A stretch of DNA of 64,000 nucleotides from the human T2T-CHM13v2.0 reference genome, Homo sapiens. Under the pieces are notes generated by a model. It made no database searches and was not told the DNA's origin. It was given only the letters and a program-made list of their open reading frames with translations. The DNA is taken from the NCBI RefSeq assembly GCF_009914755.1, contig NC_060941.1. One strand, given 5' to 3'. A program made the translations under genes and the position numbers. Every line of letters starts with the position of its first letter. Position 1 is the stretch's first letter. Positions 1 to 16,160 of the stretch are shown here, in pieces.

Positions 1-1473
1 CAGATATTCACAGTATTCAAATAGTGAATTCACACAGTGAAAACCTGTACAAATATTCACATAGTTCACACAGCGAAAACCTGTACAGATATTCACAGCA
101 GTATTCAAATAGTGAATTCACACAGTGAAAACCTGTACAAATATTCACATAGTGAGTTCACACAGTGAAAACCTGTACAGATACTCACAGCAGTAATCAA
201 ATAGTGAATTCACACAGTGAAAACCTGTACAAATATTCATATAGTGAGTTCACACAGCGAAAACCTGTACAGATATTCACAGCAGTATTCAAATAGTGAA
301 TTCACACAGTGAAAACCTGTACAAATATTCACATAGTTCACACAGCGAAAACCTGTACAGATATTCACAGCAGTATTCAAATAGTGAATTCACACAGTGA
401 AAACCTGTACAAATATTCACATAGTGAGTTCACACAGTGAAAACCTGTACAGATACTCACAGCAGTATTCAAATAGTGAATTCACACAGTGAAAACCTGT
501 ACAAATATTCACATAGTTCACACAGTGAAAACCTGCACAGATATTCACAGCAGTATTCAAATAGTGAATTCACACAGTGAAAACCTGTACAAATATTCAC
601 ATAGTGAGTTCACACAGTGAAAACCTGTACAGATATTCACAGCAGTATTCAAATAGTGAATTCACACAGTGAAAACCTGTACAAATATTCACATAGTGAG
701 TTCACACAGTGAAAACCTGTACAGATATTCACAGCAGTATTCACACAGTGAAAACCTGTACAGATATTCACAGCAGTATTCAAATAGTGAATTCACACAG
801 TGAAAACCTGTACAAATATTCACATAGTGAGTTCACACAGTGAAAACCTGCACAGATATTCACAGCAGTATTCACACAGTGAAAACCTGTACAGATATTC
901 ACAGCAGTATTCAAATAGTGAATTCACACAGTGAAAACCTGTACAAATATTCACATAGTGAGTTCACACAGTGAAAACCTGCACAGATATTCACAGCAGT
1001 AATCAAATAGTGAATTCACACAGTGAAAACCTGCACAGATATTCACAGCAGTATTCAAATAGTGAATTCACACAGTGAAAACCTGTACAAATATTCACAT
1101 AGTGAGTTCACACAGTGAAAACCTGTACAAATATTCACATAGTGAGTTCACACAGTGAAAACCTGTACAGATATTCACAGCAGTATTCAAATAGTGAATT
1201 CACACAGTGAAAACCTGTACAAATATTCACATAGTGAGTTCACACAGTGAAAACCTGTACAGATATTCACAGCAGTATTCAAATAGTGAATTCACACAGT
1301 GAAAACCTGTACAAATATTCACATAGTGAGTTCACACAGTGAAAACCTGTACAGATATTCATAGCAGTATTCAAATAGTGAATTCACACAGTGAAAACCT
1401 GTACAAATATTCACAGTGAGTTCACACAGTGAAAACCTGTACAGATACTCACAGCAGTATTCACACAGTGAAA
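1..1473. repeat. Compound minisatellite: alternating 52-bp and 40-bp units (92-bp period), continues beyond the window edge
   Basis: Units cacacagtgaaaacctgtacagatattcacagcagtattcaaatagtgaatt and cacacagtgaaaacctgtacaaatattcacatagtgagtt, with 36- and 39-bp variants. Confidence 0.97.
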
Positions 1474-1915
1474 AAGTGGAAACCACCCGAATGTCCACAG
1501 CTGATGGAAGAGACAACAATATGTGCATCACCCACACAACGGTGCACTATTCAGCCATCAAAATGATGCACTGACACACACCTCATCATGGGTAAGGCTC
1601 GCAGACACTGTCCAGAGGGAGGGAAGGCAGACACAAAAACCACACATCGTAGCATCCGTTTATGTGAAGTGTCCACAACAGGCATCCGTAAAGACAAAAG
1701 TCAATTCGTAACTGCCCAGGACTGGGGAAAGAGAACTTGAAAGTCCTGCCTGCTAAGGAGGGATTTCTTCTGGGGTAACAGAAATGTCCTGGAGTTGCAC
1801 AGCTGGGATCGTGGCATCATCTTATGAATATATGAAAACCAACTGAACTGTATACTTTAAACGATAAATTTCATGTGACATTTCGTGACATGAGTAATAT
1901 CTCAATTTTAAAAAC
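1440..1915 (+). mobile_element. Old L1 (L1MB-like) 3' end
   Basis: aaaaagtggaaaccacccgaatgtcca...actgaactgtatactttaa...atatctcaat resembles L1MB ORF2 end and 3'UTR. Confidence 0.75.
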
Positions 1916-4900
1916 TAGGCAGAGAAAACTGTATTTAAAAAAATACAATTTCAACCATGTAAAATATATAGAAAGAATATACCCAAATCCTCATCTCTGA
2001 TTTGGATGACTTTTTTCCTGCTTCTCTATTCTCGCCATAATTTCCAAATTTTCTATCCTGACCCTGTATTATTCTCTTCTCAGAAACAGAAGTTAATCGT
2101 CCCTTGCAATATTATTCAAATGGAAGAATACATTTCTTTAGCACCAGTAAAGCATCCATAAAATATTTTCCAACGCTGAAGGGAGTGCATGAGGCGGGGG
2201 AATCTGTCACTGTCGGAGACAGATGTCCTCAAGCTGTGGCAGAGCTGGAAAACCTGCCCCTGTTCCTTACACAGTCTCCCTCATGCAGGTGCCGGAAGAC
2301 CAGGGTGTAGAGTGAGACATGCTGGGTGGTCTTTCATGAGTCGTGAGCCTTTTGCAAACGCTCTTACACTCAAATTCCATGGCTGACAATTGTACCCATA
2401 TAGCTTCTATCTTTAGAATGTAATTCTAAAAACTGGGGAAGTAATGGCCCCTATAAGCCAAAGGACAAGTCTGTTTCAAAAGGCAACTTATGCAATGGTC
2501 AAGAGGAAGGGAAATCCAGCTGCATAAAAGGGGAACATTTTTAATTTTATTACTACAAAAAAAACAAAAAACAAAACAAAAACCTCCCAGTGAGGCAGTT
2601 ATAAAAAGCTAATCCGATCTAGTCTGCTTTTCTGCTTTCAGCAGAAGGCTGAATGTCATTTGCTCACCTTGAATCTAATCATCAAGTCACTAATAATGCA
2701 TATGGATCCAGTTACATCACATCCAGACATTCTCTTTTAATTTCAAGGCATTTTAATTTATAGACTCTCTTGAATTCCTCCTAAAGGGTCAGAAGTTGAG
2801 GCAACTGGGAAAAGCACAGGCAGCTCACCTCCTCAAGTAACAGTTACAGCACAGGACATCGTGAAACTGGTTAAGCAACAAGCCTGTCCCTGAGGCTCTT
2901 TCAGTCTAAAGTTCTATCAAATGTTGAAGTCACAGCTCTTGAAAAAGAGCCAAGGATGATGCATCCCACTGAAGTCAGGAGTGATGGGTCAGGAGGAGCT
3001 GAGCTGTGGCAGGTCTTGTCTTCCGGGCGAGCTGGCCACACTCTCAAGCTCATCCTCACTGTTTCACTGCCAGTCACCAAGGACTGGAGAGGTTTGGAAT
3101 GATACAGTGAAGGCGGCAGTGGGGGTAGGGTGGGGATGACGTACAGCCTAGGGAGGGGCAGCAAGGGAGAGTCTCTGGCCGTTTTGGCTCCTTGGCTGAC
3201 ATCTTACCTGTTTTGTGGCACCTTTCTGAGGAATTCAGTAACTTTCTATAAAATCTGGCATATATCAAAGGGTATCAAGATATACCTTGGTTCGTTTCAC
3301 AATTTATTCTGGTATTTTGAAACAAAATGGTAGCCAAAAAGGAGTTTCCAAAGAGTGTATCCTGAAAGGAAGGTAGCATGGGGAAGGGGCCAGGGGCCAG
3401 GGAGCAGCATATCTCCAGGCAGGGTACCCAGCAGCTAGACTGGGGGTCAGGACAGCTGGAACTCCTGGCCTTGCCCAGGCAGCCCCTTCCCGGTGCTTTG
3501 CGTTGGGAGCATGGTCGGTAGCCATGATGAATTCACCAAGGTCCCTGCCACTGAGGGTCGCAGAATAAAGGTGAAGAAGGTCGTGCACGGCCCACAATGA
3601 GATGATGGTGGGGACCAGGCTCAGTGTGAACATCAGCTAGAGTGACAGCCTTCACGTCTCCTCACAGCAGAGCTGCAGTGAACCGATTCCTCAAGGCCCA
3701 TCCCACCTGGGTAAAGTGGCCATAGGGCTTCTGTTGCCTTCCTAGAAACTTATCTTTAAGGGAAAACCCTTGAAGGATATCAGACAGCCATTTTCAGGAT
3801 TTGGAATGCAGAATAACTGCCAGGTCGTGATACCTGGCACAAAGAATAGGGTAGGAGGACGAAGTTGAATTAAAGAAGCTGAAGGATTTAGAGAAGTCTG
3901 TGGAGAGGAGAGCTGACTAAATAGAGAGGGAAAGAAAGAACTCATGGTGTTCATCAGGCTTTTCTGGCTAAGGATTTAGAACCTGAAACTCTGCAAACTT
4001 GAGAGGAGAGGAGAGCAACAACTGAACAATGAAGAGGGGATGATTTAAAGACCAGTTCTGCCAAAACATTTCAAATATGAAAACCAAAAAGGAAGGAGCT
4101 GGGGAAAAAGGCTCAAGTGTTCCTAGCTGACCCCTGACCACCACCACAGAGCACCACCTCGGCCAGGAGACACTGGGCTCCAGGCCAGGAGCTTGGCCCT
4201 GGCCGAGTGAGTTCAGGCAGAAAGGGGCTGTGCCGCCCTGAGAAACCAGTACCCCCAGCCCAGTCCTCCCGGGACAGAAGGTGTCTGACAGTTGGCCAAC
4301 TGCCATTCTGACAGTCCTGTACCTGTGTTTTACAATAAAGCATTGTCTTTGCAAACTTGAGTAAGCTCCTGTCAGTTTTTCATGGTCTCTACGTGGTTAC
4401 CCTGTTCAGCTGCCTCAGCTTGTCCAGAAGGGCCTTCCCTGCCCTCGTTCCCTTACCACTTTTGGCCTTTGGGGGATTTTTCCTTGGAGAGGTCCTGGGA
4501 CAGACCCAGGTTCACAGGCTACCCTGGTCCTCAGATGCAACAGGGCCATTTGTTCCTCTGTGGTCCTATAGCTCCCTAAATGTAAAAGACAAATCACCAG
4601 GAAGTAGGGCCCAGCCAGAGAGGGTGAAGAATGGCTCAAAACAAGTGCTTGGCAAGAATGTCATTCAAGCATCCTTCACTGGGACCTACTTCCCGTCCGG
4701 TTATCTGGATTACCAGCTCACAGAGCCTGTCCTGATGCTCTCCGGACCCTGCCCAGCCAGAGGCCGTGGGAGCTCAGGGGGCTACTCCCAGGGTGGGGCC
4801 TGTGCTCAATGCTGAACCCTCATGCTTGTCGCCGGGCAGATCTCCGTAGGGCTGAATCCAGTGCCACATATATCTACGCTTGAAACCAGGCAGGAGCATG

Positions 4901-5030
4901 GCTTGGGAAGGTCCGAGAGGAGAGCCAGCAAGAGGAATCAGGGGGCTGCTAAAGCCAACCTCATACTTCTCAGGAGAAACTCAGGATTCCTTCAGTGGGA
5001 TCTCTGTTCCTATTTCCTTTCCTTTTCTGT

Positions 5031-5190
5031 TTTTTTGAGACAGTCTCACTTTGTCACCCAGACTGGAGTGCAGTGGTGCAATCTCAGTTCATTGCAACCT
5101 CTGCCTTCTGGGCTAAAGTGATCCTCCTGTCTCAGCCTCTCAGGTAGCTGGGACTACAGGCGTGCGCCACCACGCCCCACTAATATTTCC
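5031..5190 (-). mobile_element. 5'-truncated Alu (right arm only), seed of the 50-bp VNTR
   Basis: gagacagtctcactttgtcacccagactggagtgcagtgg...gtagctgggactacagg; TSD-like tatttcc..ttttctg before 5031 and after 7503. Confidence 0.9.
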
Positions 5191-7510
5191 CGGGTAGCTG
5201 GGACTACAGGCGTGCGCCATCAGGCCCCGCTATTATTTCCCAGGTAGCTGGGACTACAGGCATGCACCACCACGCCCCACTAATATTTCCCGGGTAGCTG
5301 GGACTACAGGCATGCGCCATCAGGCCCCGCTATTATTTCCCAGGTAGCTGAGACTACAGGCATGCGCCACCACGCCCCACTAATATTTCCTGGGTAGCTG
5401 GGACTACAGGCGTGCGCCACCACGCCCCACTAATATTTCCCGGGTAGCTGGGACTACAGGCGTGCGCCACCACGCCCCACTAATATTTCCCGGGTAGCTG
5501 GGACTACAGGCGTGCACCACCACGCCCCACTAATGTTTCCCGGGTAGCTGGGACTACAGGCGTGCGCCACCACGCCCCACTAATATTTCCCGGGTAGCTG
5601 GGACTACAGGCGTGCGCCACCACGCCCCACTAATATTTCCCGGGTAGCTGGGACTACAGGCGTGCGCCACCACGCCCCACTAATATTTCCCGGGTAGCTG
5701 GGACTACAGGCGTGCGCCACCACGCCCCACTAATGTTTCCCGGGTAGCTGGGATTACAGGCGTGCGCCACCACGCCCCACTAATGTTTCCCGGGTAGCTG
5801 GGACTACAGGCGTGCGCCACCACGCCCCACTAATATTTCCCGGGTAGTTGGGACGACAGGCGTGCGCCACTACGCCCCACTAATATTTCCCGGGTAGCTG
5901 GGACTACAGGCATGCGCCACCACACCCCACTAATATTTCCTGGGTAGCTGGGACTACAGGCATGCGCCATCAGGCCCCGCTATTATTTCCCAGGTAGCTG
6001 GGACTACAGGCATGCACCACCATGCCCAGCTAATATTTCCCGGGTAGCTGGGACTACAGGTGCCCACGACACCTGCTAATATTTCTTGGGTAGCTGGGAC
6101 TACAGGCATGCACCACCATGCCTGTTAATATTTCCTGGGTAGCTGGGACTACAGGCGTGCACCACCATGCCCCGCTAATATTTCCCGGGTAACTGTGACT
6201 ACAGGCGCCCACCAGGCCTGCTAATATTTCCTGGGTAGCAGGGACTACACGTGTGCACCACCACACCTGCTAATATTTCCCGGGTAGCTGGGACTACAGG
6301 CGCCCACCACGCCTGCTAATATTTTCTGGGTAGCTGGGACTACAGGCGCCCACCACGCCTGCTAATATTTCCTGGGTAGCTGGGACTACACGTGTGCACC
6401 ACCACGCCTGCTAATATTTCCCGGGTAGCTGGGACTACAGGCGCACACCACCACGCCCCGCTAATATTTCCCGGGTAGCTGGGACTACAGGCGTGCACCA
6501 CCACGCCCAGCTAATATTTCCCGGGTAGCTGGGACTACAGGTGTGCACCACCACGCCTGCTAATATTTCCCAGGTAGCTGGGACTACAGGTGCCCACGAC
6601 GCCTGCTAATATTTCCCGGGTAGCTGGGACTACAGGTGCCCACGACGCCTGCTAATATTTCCTGGGTAGCTAGGACTACACGTGTGCACCACCACACCTG
6701 CTAATATTTTCCGGGTAGCTGGGACTACAGGCGCGCACCACCACGCCCCGCTAATATTTCCCGGGTAGCTGGGACTACAGGCGCGCACCACCATGCCCCG
6801 CTAATATTTCCCGGGTAGCTGGGACTACAGGCGTGCACCACCACACCCCACTAATATTTTCCGGGTAGCTGGGACTACAGGCGTGCACCACCACGCCTGC
6901 TTATATTTCCCGGATAGCTGGGACTACAGGCGTGCACCACCACACCCCGCTAATATTTCCCGGGTAGCTGGGACTACAGGCATGCACCACCACACCCCGC
7001 TAATATTTCCCGGGTAGCTGGGACTACAGGCGTGCACCACCACACCCCGCTAATATTTCCCGGGTAGCTGGGACTACAGGCATGCACCACCACACCCCGC
7101 TAATATTTCCCGGGTAGCTGGGACTACAGGCGTGTACCACCACACCCCGCTAATATTTCCCGGGTAGCTGGGACTACAGGCATGCACCACCACGCCCCGC
7201 TAATATTTCCCGGGTAGCTGGGACTACAGGCGTGCACCACCACGCCCCGCTAATATTTCCCGGGTAGCTGGGACTACAGGCATGCACCACCACGCCCCGC
7301 TAATATTTCCCGGGTAGCTGGGACTACAGGCGTGCACCACCACGCCCCGCTAATATTTCCCGGGTAGCTGGGACTACAGGCGTGCACCACCACGCCCCGC
7401 TAATATTTCCCGGGTAGATGGGACTACAGGCGTGCGCCACCACGCCCCGCTAGTATTTCCCGGGTAGCTGGGACTACAGGCGTGCGCCACCACGCCCCGC
7501 TAGTATTTCC
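5141..7510. repeat. Alu-derived CpG-rich minisatellite, 50-bp unit, ~47-48 copies
   Basis: Unit cgggtagctgggactacaggcgtgcgccaccacgccccactaatatttcc; 47-49 bp variants in 6050-6720. Confidence 0.98.
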
Positions 7511-8194
7511 TTTTCTGACCTGCATTTTCTTTAAGGCTATTTTCACCTGTTTTGTGACCCATTTTTTTCCCTTGTTACTAAAAAGAAATCAATATTGAAC
7601 ATTAGTTAGCAAGCAGAGAAGTATACATATTTTTGATGTGCTAAGTAGGAAAAGAGTGCTTTGTGGTTTCAGCTGCATTTTATTCTAATAAAGTCGTGAG
7701 TGAGCCCAAGTAGGCAGGACCTTGTGGTCTGGCCTCAAAATTGGGCTGCTGCCACCACCGCTCTGCAGTCCATTGCCTGAAAGGCCAGCCCGATTCACCT
7801 GCTCCACCCTGTCTAAAGACCAGCCCGATTCACCCGCTTCACCTGCTCTGAGGCTGGTCTCATGGGACAAAGAGGGAATTGCACTGAAGTCTCAGGGTTT
7901 TAGGACCAGAAGGGTAGGAGCTAGAGAAGGTGGCAGAGGTGAAGGTTGAACAAGTGAGTGGGACTCCAGGTACAAGTCCCAGCCTGCCCCCGGCTTCAAC
8001 CACAGTAGCTCAGTTTCACGGTCTTACACATTAGCTCCGTGGCCTGGAGTAAGTTTCAAATGAGCACAGCGCCTACTTCCTACGGCTGATGAAGCACAGT
8101 GACTGACTGCAGGTAAACGCACCTAATATAGCGTGGGTCACCAAGTGGATGTTCAAAGCATGACAGCTATGGGTGTTTCAGATTCTACATTCTA

Positions 8195-8423
8195 TTTTTT
8201 TTTTTTTTTTGAGATGGAGTCTCACTCTGTCGCCCAGGCTGGAGTGCAGTGGCGCAACCTTGGCAGCACCCACCACCACGCCTGACTAATTTTTTGTATT
8301 TTTAGTCGTGATGGGGTTTTGTCACGGTAGCCAGGCTGCTCTCAAACTCCTGACCTTAAGTGATCATCCCACCTCAGCCTCTCAAAGTGCTGGGATTATA
8401 GGCATGAGCCACCGCACCCGGCC
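8195..8423 (-). mobile_element. Alu with internal deletion
   Basis: Alu consensus match; part of the right arm missing. Confidence 0.9.
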
Positions 8424-8479
8424 TCTACATTAGATTTTGTTACAAGAAAGGATTTGGAAATCACTGATTTGGCCCATCT

Positions 8480-9761
<1,282 letters not shown>

Positions 9762-10229
9762 AAAGGATAGTCTTTTCTTCTCATTTAACAGGGAAGGCAG
9801 TTCACTACATTACAGCAGAATCGGGATTAGACCACAAGTCTTGACTGCTGGTCCAAGGATTTTGCTACTAAATCACTTTGCTTCTCTATTGTTACCCGCA
9901 GTTTAAAAAAAAAAACAAATCTAGCTCTAAAGAAAATTCAAAGGTATGATTCTCTCAACTTGGATTTCTTCTTCCCTCCCTCCTTTCTTCTTTCCCCTTC
10001 CATTCCTGCCTGCATGGGTTCTGTGTACACTCTGCACGACTCGAGGAGACGGATGAGTCAGCTACAATTCCTGTATTCAAGGAGCTCAATGTCTACGCAT
10101 ATGTAATGATGCAAACAGAAATTACCATAGAACAGAGTCACTTGGTTTCCCAGTGGACAGGAAATCTGAAGAGAGCACCTTGATGTGTTAGCAGGGAGCC
10201 TGGGCCTCCAACGAGAAGAGGTTTACTCC

Positions 10230-10503
10230 TTTCTCTTTCTTTTCTTTTTTTTTAGAGATAGGGTGTCACTCTGTCACTCATCATAGCTCACTGCAGCCTC
10301 AACTCCTGGGCTGAAGTGATCCTCCTGCCTCAGCCTCCCAAGTGATTGGGACTAAGGGGTGCACCCGACTAATTTTTTTTTTTTTGTAGGGATGAGGTCT
10401 CACTATGTTGCCCAGGCTGGTCTCGAACTCCTGGTCTCAAGCAATCCTGCCTTGGCCTCCCAAAGTGCTGGGATTATACAGGTGTGAGCCACTGCATCAG
10501 ACC
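10230..10503 (-). mobile_element. Alu (AluJ-like)
   Basis: Consensus match; TSD agaagaggttt. Confidence 0.88.
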
Positions 10504-10972
10504 AAAAAGAAGAGGTTTCCGGAGTGAAAATTTGGACCTGGTCTTTGACTACACAGAGACAAACGTTTAACCGGCAGTACTATGTTCCACCTTTCCAATG
10601 GAGGCACGTAGTCCCCAGGCCTGTATACCTGGCTTTGGGGTTTACAGAGACTCATTGACCTAGTTTGTTCACCAGAGATGTTAAAAGGTAAACCCTAAAG
10701 TAAAAACATATCCTAATTGTAACCAAATCTGATAACTGATAAAGAAATAAGGTATTTGTGACTGAGTAAGGCCTCTGACTCACAAAATTACTAGTCTGTA
10801 AAATGGGATCAATACTTAAGAAAAATGATGACAGGGCATTCTAGAAACATGATGTACTGCGTAAGAGACAAACAATAAATCCACACAGAGTGTTCTGTAT
10901 CATCACTTTCCCAGCAGCTCAGTGAAATCACTGCAATGAGGGGTTAAGCACCGAAGCCAATGGATAGAGTCA

Positions 10973-11191
<219 letters not shown>

Positions 11192-11432
11192 TCAAAACAA
11201 AGAGATAAGAATACTATCAAACAAGCTGATCATTCATTCAGTAGAGATAAGGTAAATGGCCTTAGCTTATATTCAGAAAAAAAAAATGTATGTGGTCATT
11301 TCAAACCCTGAGGTCTGTTACCACCTTAGTCTAAAACCTGGGGAATAGAAATACATATTCTAAACAAGATTTTTAAGGTGAAATTATCCACCAGGCAAAA
11401 AAATCAGGGGTCATGGATGATATATATATACT

Positions 11433-11664
<232 letters not shown>

Positions 11665-12410
11665 TAATTTGGTTACATAGTTACTACGTTGCCTGTATCT
11701 TTGAACAGTTTAATAATTGGATAATAATACATATGGAGCACCTAATTTTTTATTAGTGTATATAGCCTATATAATTTCACAAGTCATTAATTACTGAATT
11801 ATAAAGCCCTCCCTCTTCCTGAGGGCCCAATAATCATCTCTTCAACTAGAGAGCAGGAGTCCTGGAAACACACGCAAGGGACAGGATCCCTGCGGGAAAA
11901 GTGGCAAGCACGCTTAGCTGGTCCCTGCCCGAGAAGCTCCTGTGCAGCTCTCACTCAAACGTTCCATCTCAGAAGCTCAGTTGCTGGTGAACAGGGACAT
12001 GTGAGTTCTTAGTAAGGACTAAGCTACCATCTTCTCACACAAATAAATGACAAAATGAAACAAAGAGTCTCTGAGTTTATTTGAGAATGATGTATCTGTA
12101 GGATTTTAGCCAAAATTCTAACAATAGAAGCTTGGCAGCAACACTGCCATTAGCCGAGACAACAATGGCAGGTACTGGCGCTCACAAGAAACGTGCTGGC
12201 TCTAGCATACGTCCAGCCTCTCCCAGGCTCCATTTCTCACTGAGCTGGTTTGCAAGTCTGCTGAACTGTAGGCTAAAAAGAATTAGCTAACAGTTTCTCA
12301 AGGAATTCACTCTTTATTTTGTTAATTGGGATTTAGAAGGTGACAATCTCAACTCATCTTAAACCAATGCTAAAAGGTTCTCTAAATCTACAGGAGTCAA
12401 TGTGTTTCTT

Positions 12411-12803
<393 letters not shown>

Positions 12804-12838
12804 CAATGTGTTTCTTAGAATAACAGCCACACAGAATG

Positions 12839-13005
12839 GAGCTCAGTGCACCTGTAGTTGCAGCTACTTGGGTGGCTGAAGCAGGAGGGCTGCCTGAGCC
12901 CGGGAGTTCAAGGCTGGGGTACGCTATTACCATGCCTGTGAATAGCCATTGTACTCCAGCCTGGGCAACACTGCGAGACCCCCATCTCTTAAAAAAAAAA
13001 AAAAA
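12839..13005 (+). mobile_element. FAM (fossil Alu monomer)
   Basis: Diagnostic gcctgtgaatagcca.tg.actccagcctgggcaaca, A-tail, and 14-bp TSD agccacacagaatg on both sides. Confidence 0.8.
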
Positions 13006-13019
13006 AGCCACACAGAATG

Positions 13020-13250
13020 TATGTGAACACCAAGCGTGAACACTACCATGAACTATGGACCATCACTCTGGGTAATGATGATGTGTCCGTGTAGTTTCAT
13101 GAGCTGTGATAAATGCATCGCTCTGGCGGAAGGTGCCGACCATGGGGAAGACTATGCACGTGGGGCCGGGAGCACCTGGGAACTCTCTGTGTCTTCTGCT
13201 CAATTCTGCTGTGAACCTAAAACTGCTCTAAAAGGTAAAATCTATTTTAA
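13020..13250 (+). mobile_element. L1MC-like 3' end
   Basis: aactatggac..tgggtaatgatgatgtgtc...ctcaattctgctgtgaacctaaaactgctctaaaa. Confidence 0.7.
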
Positions 13251-13507
13251 GAAAAGCCAATATCCCTTAAAACACTTTTGCCCCACAATGTGTTTGAAAC
13301 ATGCAATTTGACTTTACTTTCCATGATTTTAATAAAAAAGACGGCCATGGATTATGGGAAAAGGTGGTTGAGTTATGCTAGATATGGGCTTTTTTTTCTC
13401 TTTTTCACCCGGCATTAGATCTAACTGTGTACTACTGGGAGGAAATATATAACTAATAAGAACCAGTTACCAACACTGTTGTAGTCTAGCCGCAAATAAA
13501 GAATAAA

Positions 13508-13737
13508 AGGAGTTCAAGACCAGCCCGAACAACACAGCAAAACTCTTGTCTCTACAAAAAATACACACACAAAAATTAGCCGGTGTGGTGGCACACACCT
13601 GTCATCTCAGCTACTCAGGAGGCTGAGGTGGGAGAATCACTTGAGCCTAGGAGGTCAAGGCTGCTGTGAGCCATGATCACACCACTGCACTCCAGTCTGG
13701 GTGACAAAGTGAGACCCCGTCTCAAAAAAAAAAAAAA
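13508..13737 (+). mobile_element. 5'-truncated Alu (AluJ-like)
   Basis: Consensus match. Confidence 0.88.
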
Positions 13738-13902
13738 GTCTGACTCTGGCTTTAGCTTTGTCATAGATATACTGATTTAACCTTCCTGGGCTTTGGGTTT
13801 TTTTAATATAAAGAGACTATCTGTCCTTGGGCTACACTCATGGATAACGTAGAGAGGATGAACAAAAGACGGTCTTTAAAATGCTTGGAAAGCTCAGACG
13901 CA

Positions 13903-14198
13903 GGCCAGGTGCAGTGGCTCATGCCTGTAATCCCGGCACTTCGGGAGGCTAAAATGGGCGGGCAGATCACCTGAGGTCGGGACTTCAAGACCAGCCTGGC
14001 CAACATGGTGAAACCCCATCTCTACTAAAAATACAAAAATGAGCCAGGTGTGGTTACACACACCTGTAATCCTTGCTACCTGGGAGACTGAGGCATGAGA
14101 ATCACTTGAATGCAGTAAATGGAGGTGGCAGTGAGCTGGGATTGTATCACTGCAGCACTCCAGCCTGGGTGACAGAGTGATTCTGTCTTGAAATAAAA
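13903..14198 (+). mobile_element. Alu
   Basis: Full dimer. Confidence 0.92.
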
Positions 14199-14687
14199 GC
14201 TCTGAACTATCCAGAGGCTATACACACTGTATTGGGAGTGGGAAATTCATTCAACAAATGTTTCCTCTGTGTCTGCTATATCATTAAGGTAGATACTACC
14301 CTGTCTCTATGGAACTATCTATCTAGCAAGTCAGAAAATAAAAATGATGATGGGATATATACACAGCACACTGATACATGCGATACCGACTAGGGGAAAA
14401 CGTGGGGTAGAGGAATCACTGTAGGTCAATCTGGTGTATAAGCCTTGAGTTGGTGGAGAAGGTAGAGATGGCTTGAGGCAAGAACTACACCACGGAAAGT
14501 CCCAGAGCAAAGATGGGGGCAGAGGGAGCAGCTGGTGGGGCCACTGTGGGGTACGAGGATGATATTAGTCATCTGGTGGGGTCTGGAAGTGGCATCAAAT
14601 CCACAGGACAACATGGAACCATTAGAGACTGGGGAACCGATGGTGAAAATTTGATTAACCACAGAACCAGTAGAGAACTGGCATCTA

Positions 14688-14951
<264 letters not shown>

Positions 14952-15010
14952 TTAAAGAATCTAGGCTACCTTTTTAACTTGATTTTTTACTTAAAAATTC
15001 AGAGGTTTTT

Positions 15011-15310
15011 GGCTGGGCGCAGTGGCTCATGCCTATAATCCCAGCACTTTGGGAGGCCGAGGTCGGCAGATCACCTGAGGTCAGTTCGAGACCAGCCTGA
15101 CCAACATGGAGAAACCCCGTCCCTACTAAAAAATACAAAAATTAGCCTGGTGTGGTGACAGGCGCCTGTAATCCCAGCTACTTGGGAGGGGGAGGCAGGA
15201 GAATTGCTTGAACCCGGGAGGCAAGGTTGCAGTAAACTGAGATCGCACCACTGCGTTCCAGCCTGGGCAACAAGAGCGAAACTCCGTCTCACACACACAC
15301 ACACACACAC
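15011..15310 (+). mobile_element. Alu (AluS-like) with (AC)n tail
   Basis: TSD aaaat(t/c)cagaggttttt. Confidence 0.93.
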
Positions 15311-15555
15311 AAAATCCAGAGGTTTTTAACCTGGGGTCCATGATTGGCCTTCAGGGGTCTATACATTTCCAGAAACTATATGCAGAATTTTATGCACAGG
15401 TGCATGTTTCTGAATTTCTCCAAAGGGTCAGTGACCTCAAAATGGTTAAGAACTATAAACTCAGCCCCTAGGACTCACAGCTCAACAACCAACACTGTCA
15501 GACAGTCATGTAATACGAGGTCTAAATTAGTAGGCTTGACAGCACTCATGTTTCA

Positions 15556-15744
<189 letters not shown>

Positions 15745-16100
15745 CTAGTAAAACAAACATGTACCAGGTGAAAAGCCAGAAACAACCTTTAAACCTCATG
15801 GCTTCTCACAGCCACTACTTGTTATCTCTACGCATTGTCAGTCTTACTCCTGCTCCTTCACACTCATTCTTTCTGCTGTGGCTGGATCTGTCAGTTACCT
15901 GCTGCTCCTCGAGGATGGAATCCTTACACTCGTTTTACAGCAAGCGACAGAAAAACTACCCTGTGAATCTGCAATGAGATATTTTGGGAAATGGGCAGTA
16001 ATGATCACGGGAAATTTGACTTTCTGCAAACCAAAACTGAAAGAGATCTAAAAGTCAGAATGCCACTGGTCTCTGATGTCGCAAGATGCTGCTGAAGAGG

Positions 16101-16160
16101 CCTAAGAGTGGGAATGCCACCAGCCTCTCTCCTAAGAGTTGGAATGCCACCAGCCTCACT
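16101..16160. repeat. Tandem duplication, ~30 bp x2
   Basis: cctaagagt(g/t)ggaatgccaccagcctc twice. Confidence 0.85.

Noticed and set aside
2800-4990. GC-richer unique region with several 100-150 aa ORFs as an extra gene or VPS53 exon
   Set aside because: No recognisable protein similarity, and the next expected VPS53 peptide (KKLESPPPSTNPF, by recall) was not found; it presumably lies beyond the window's left edge.
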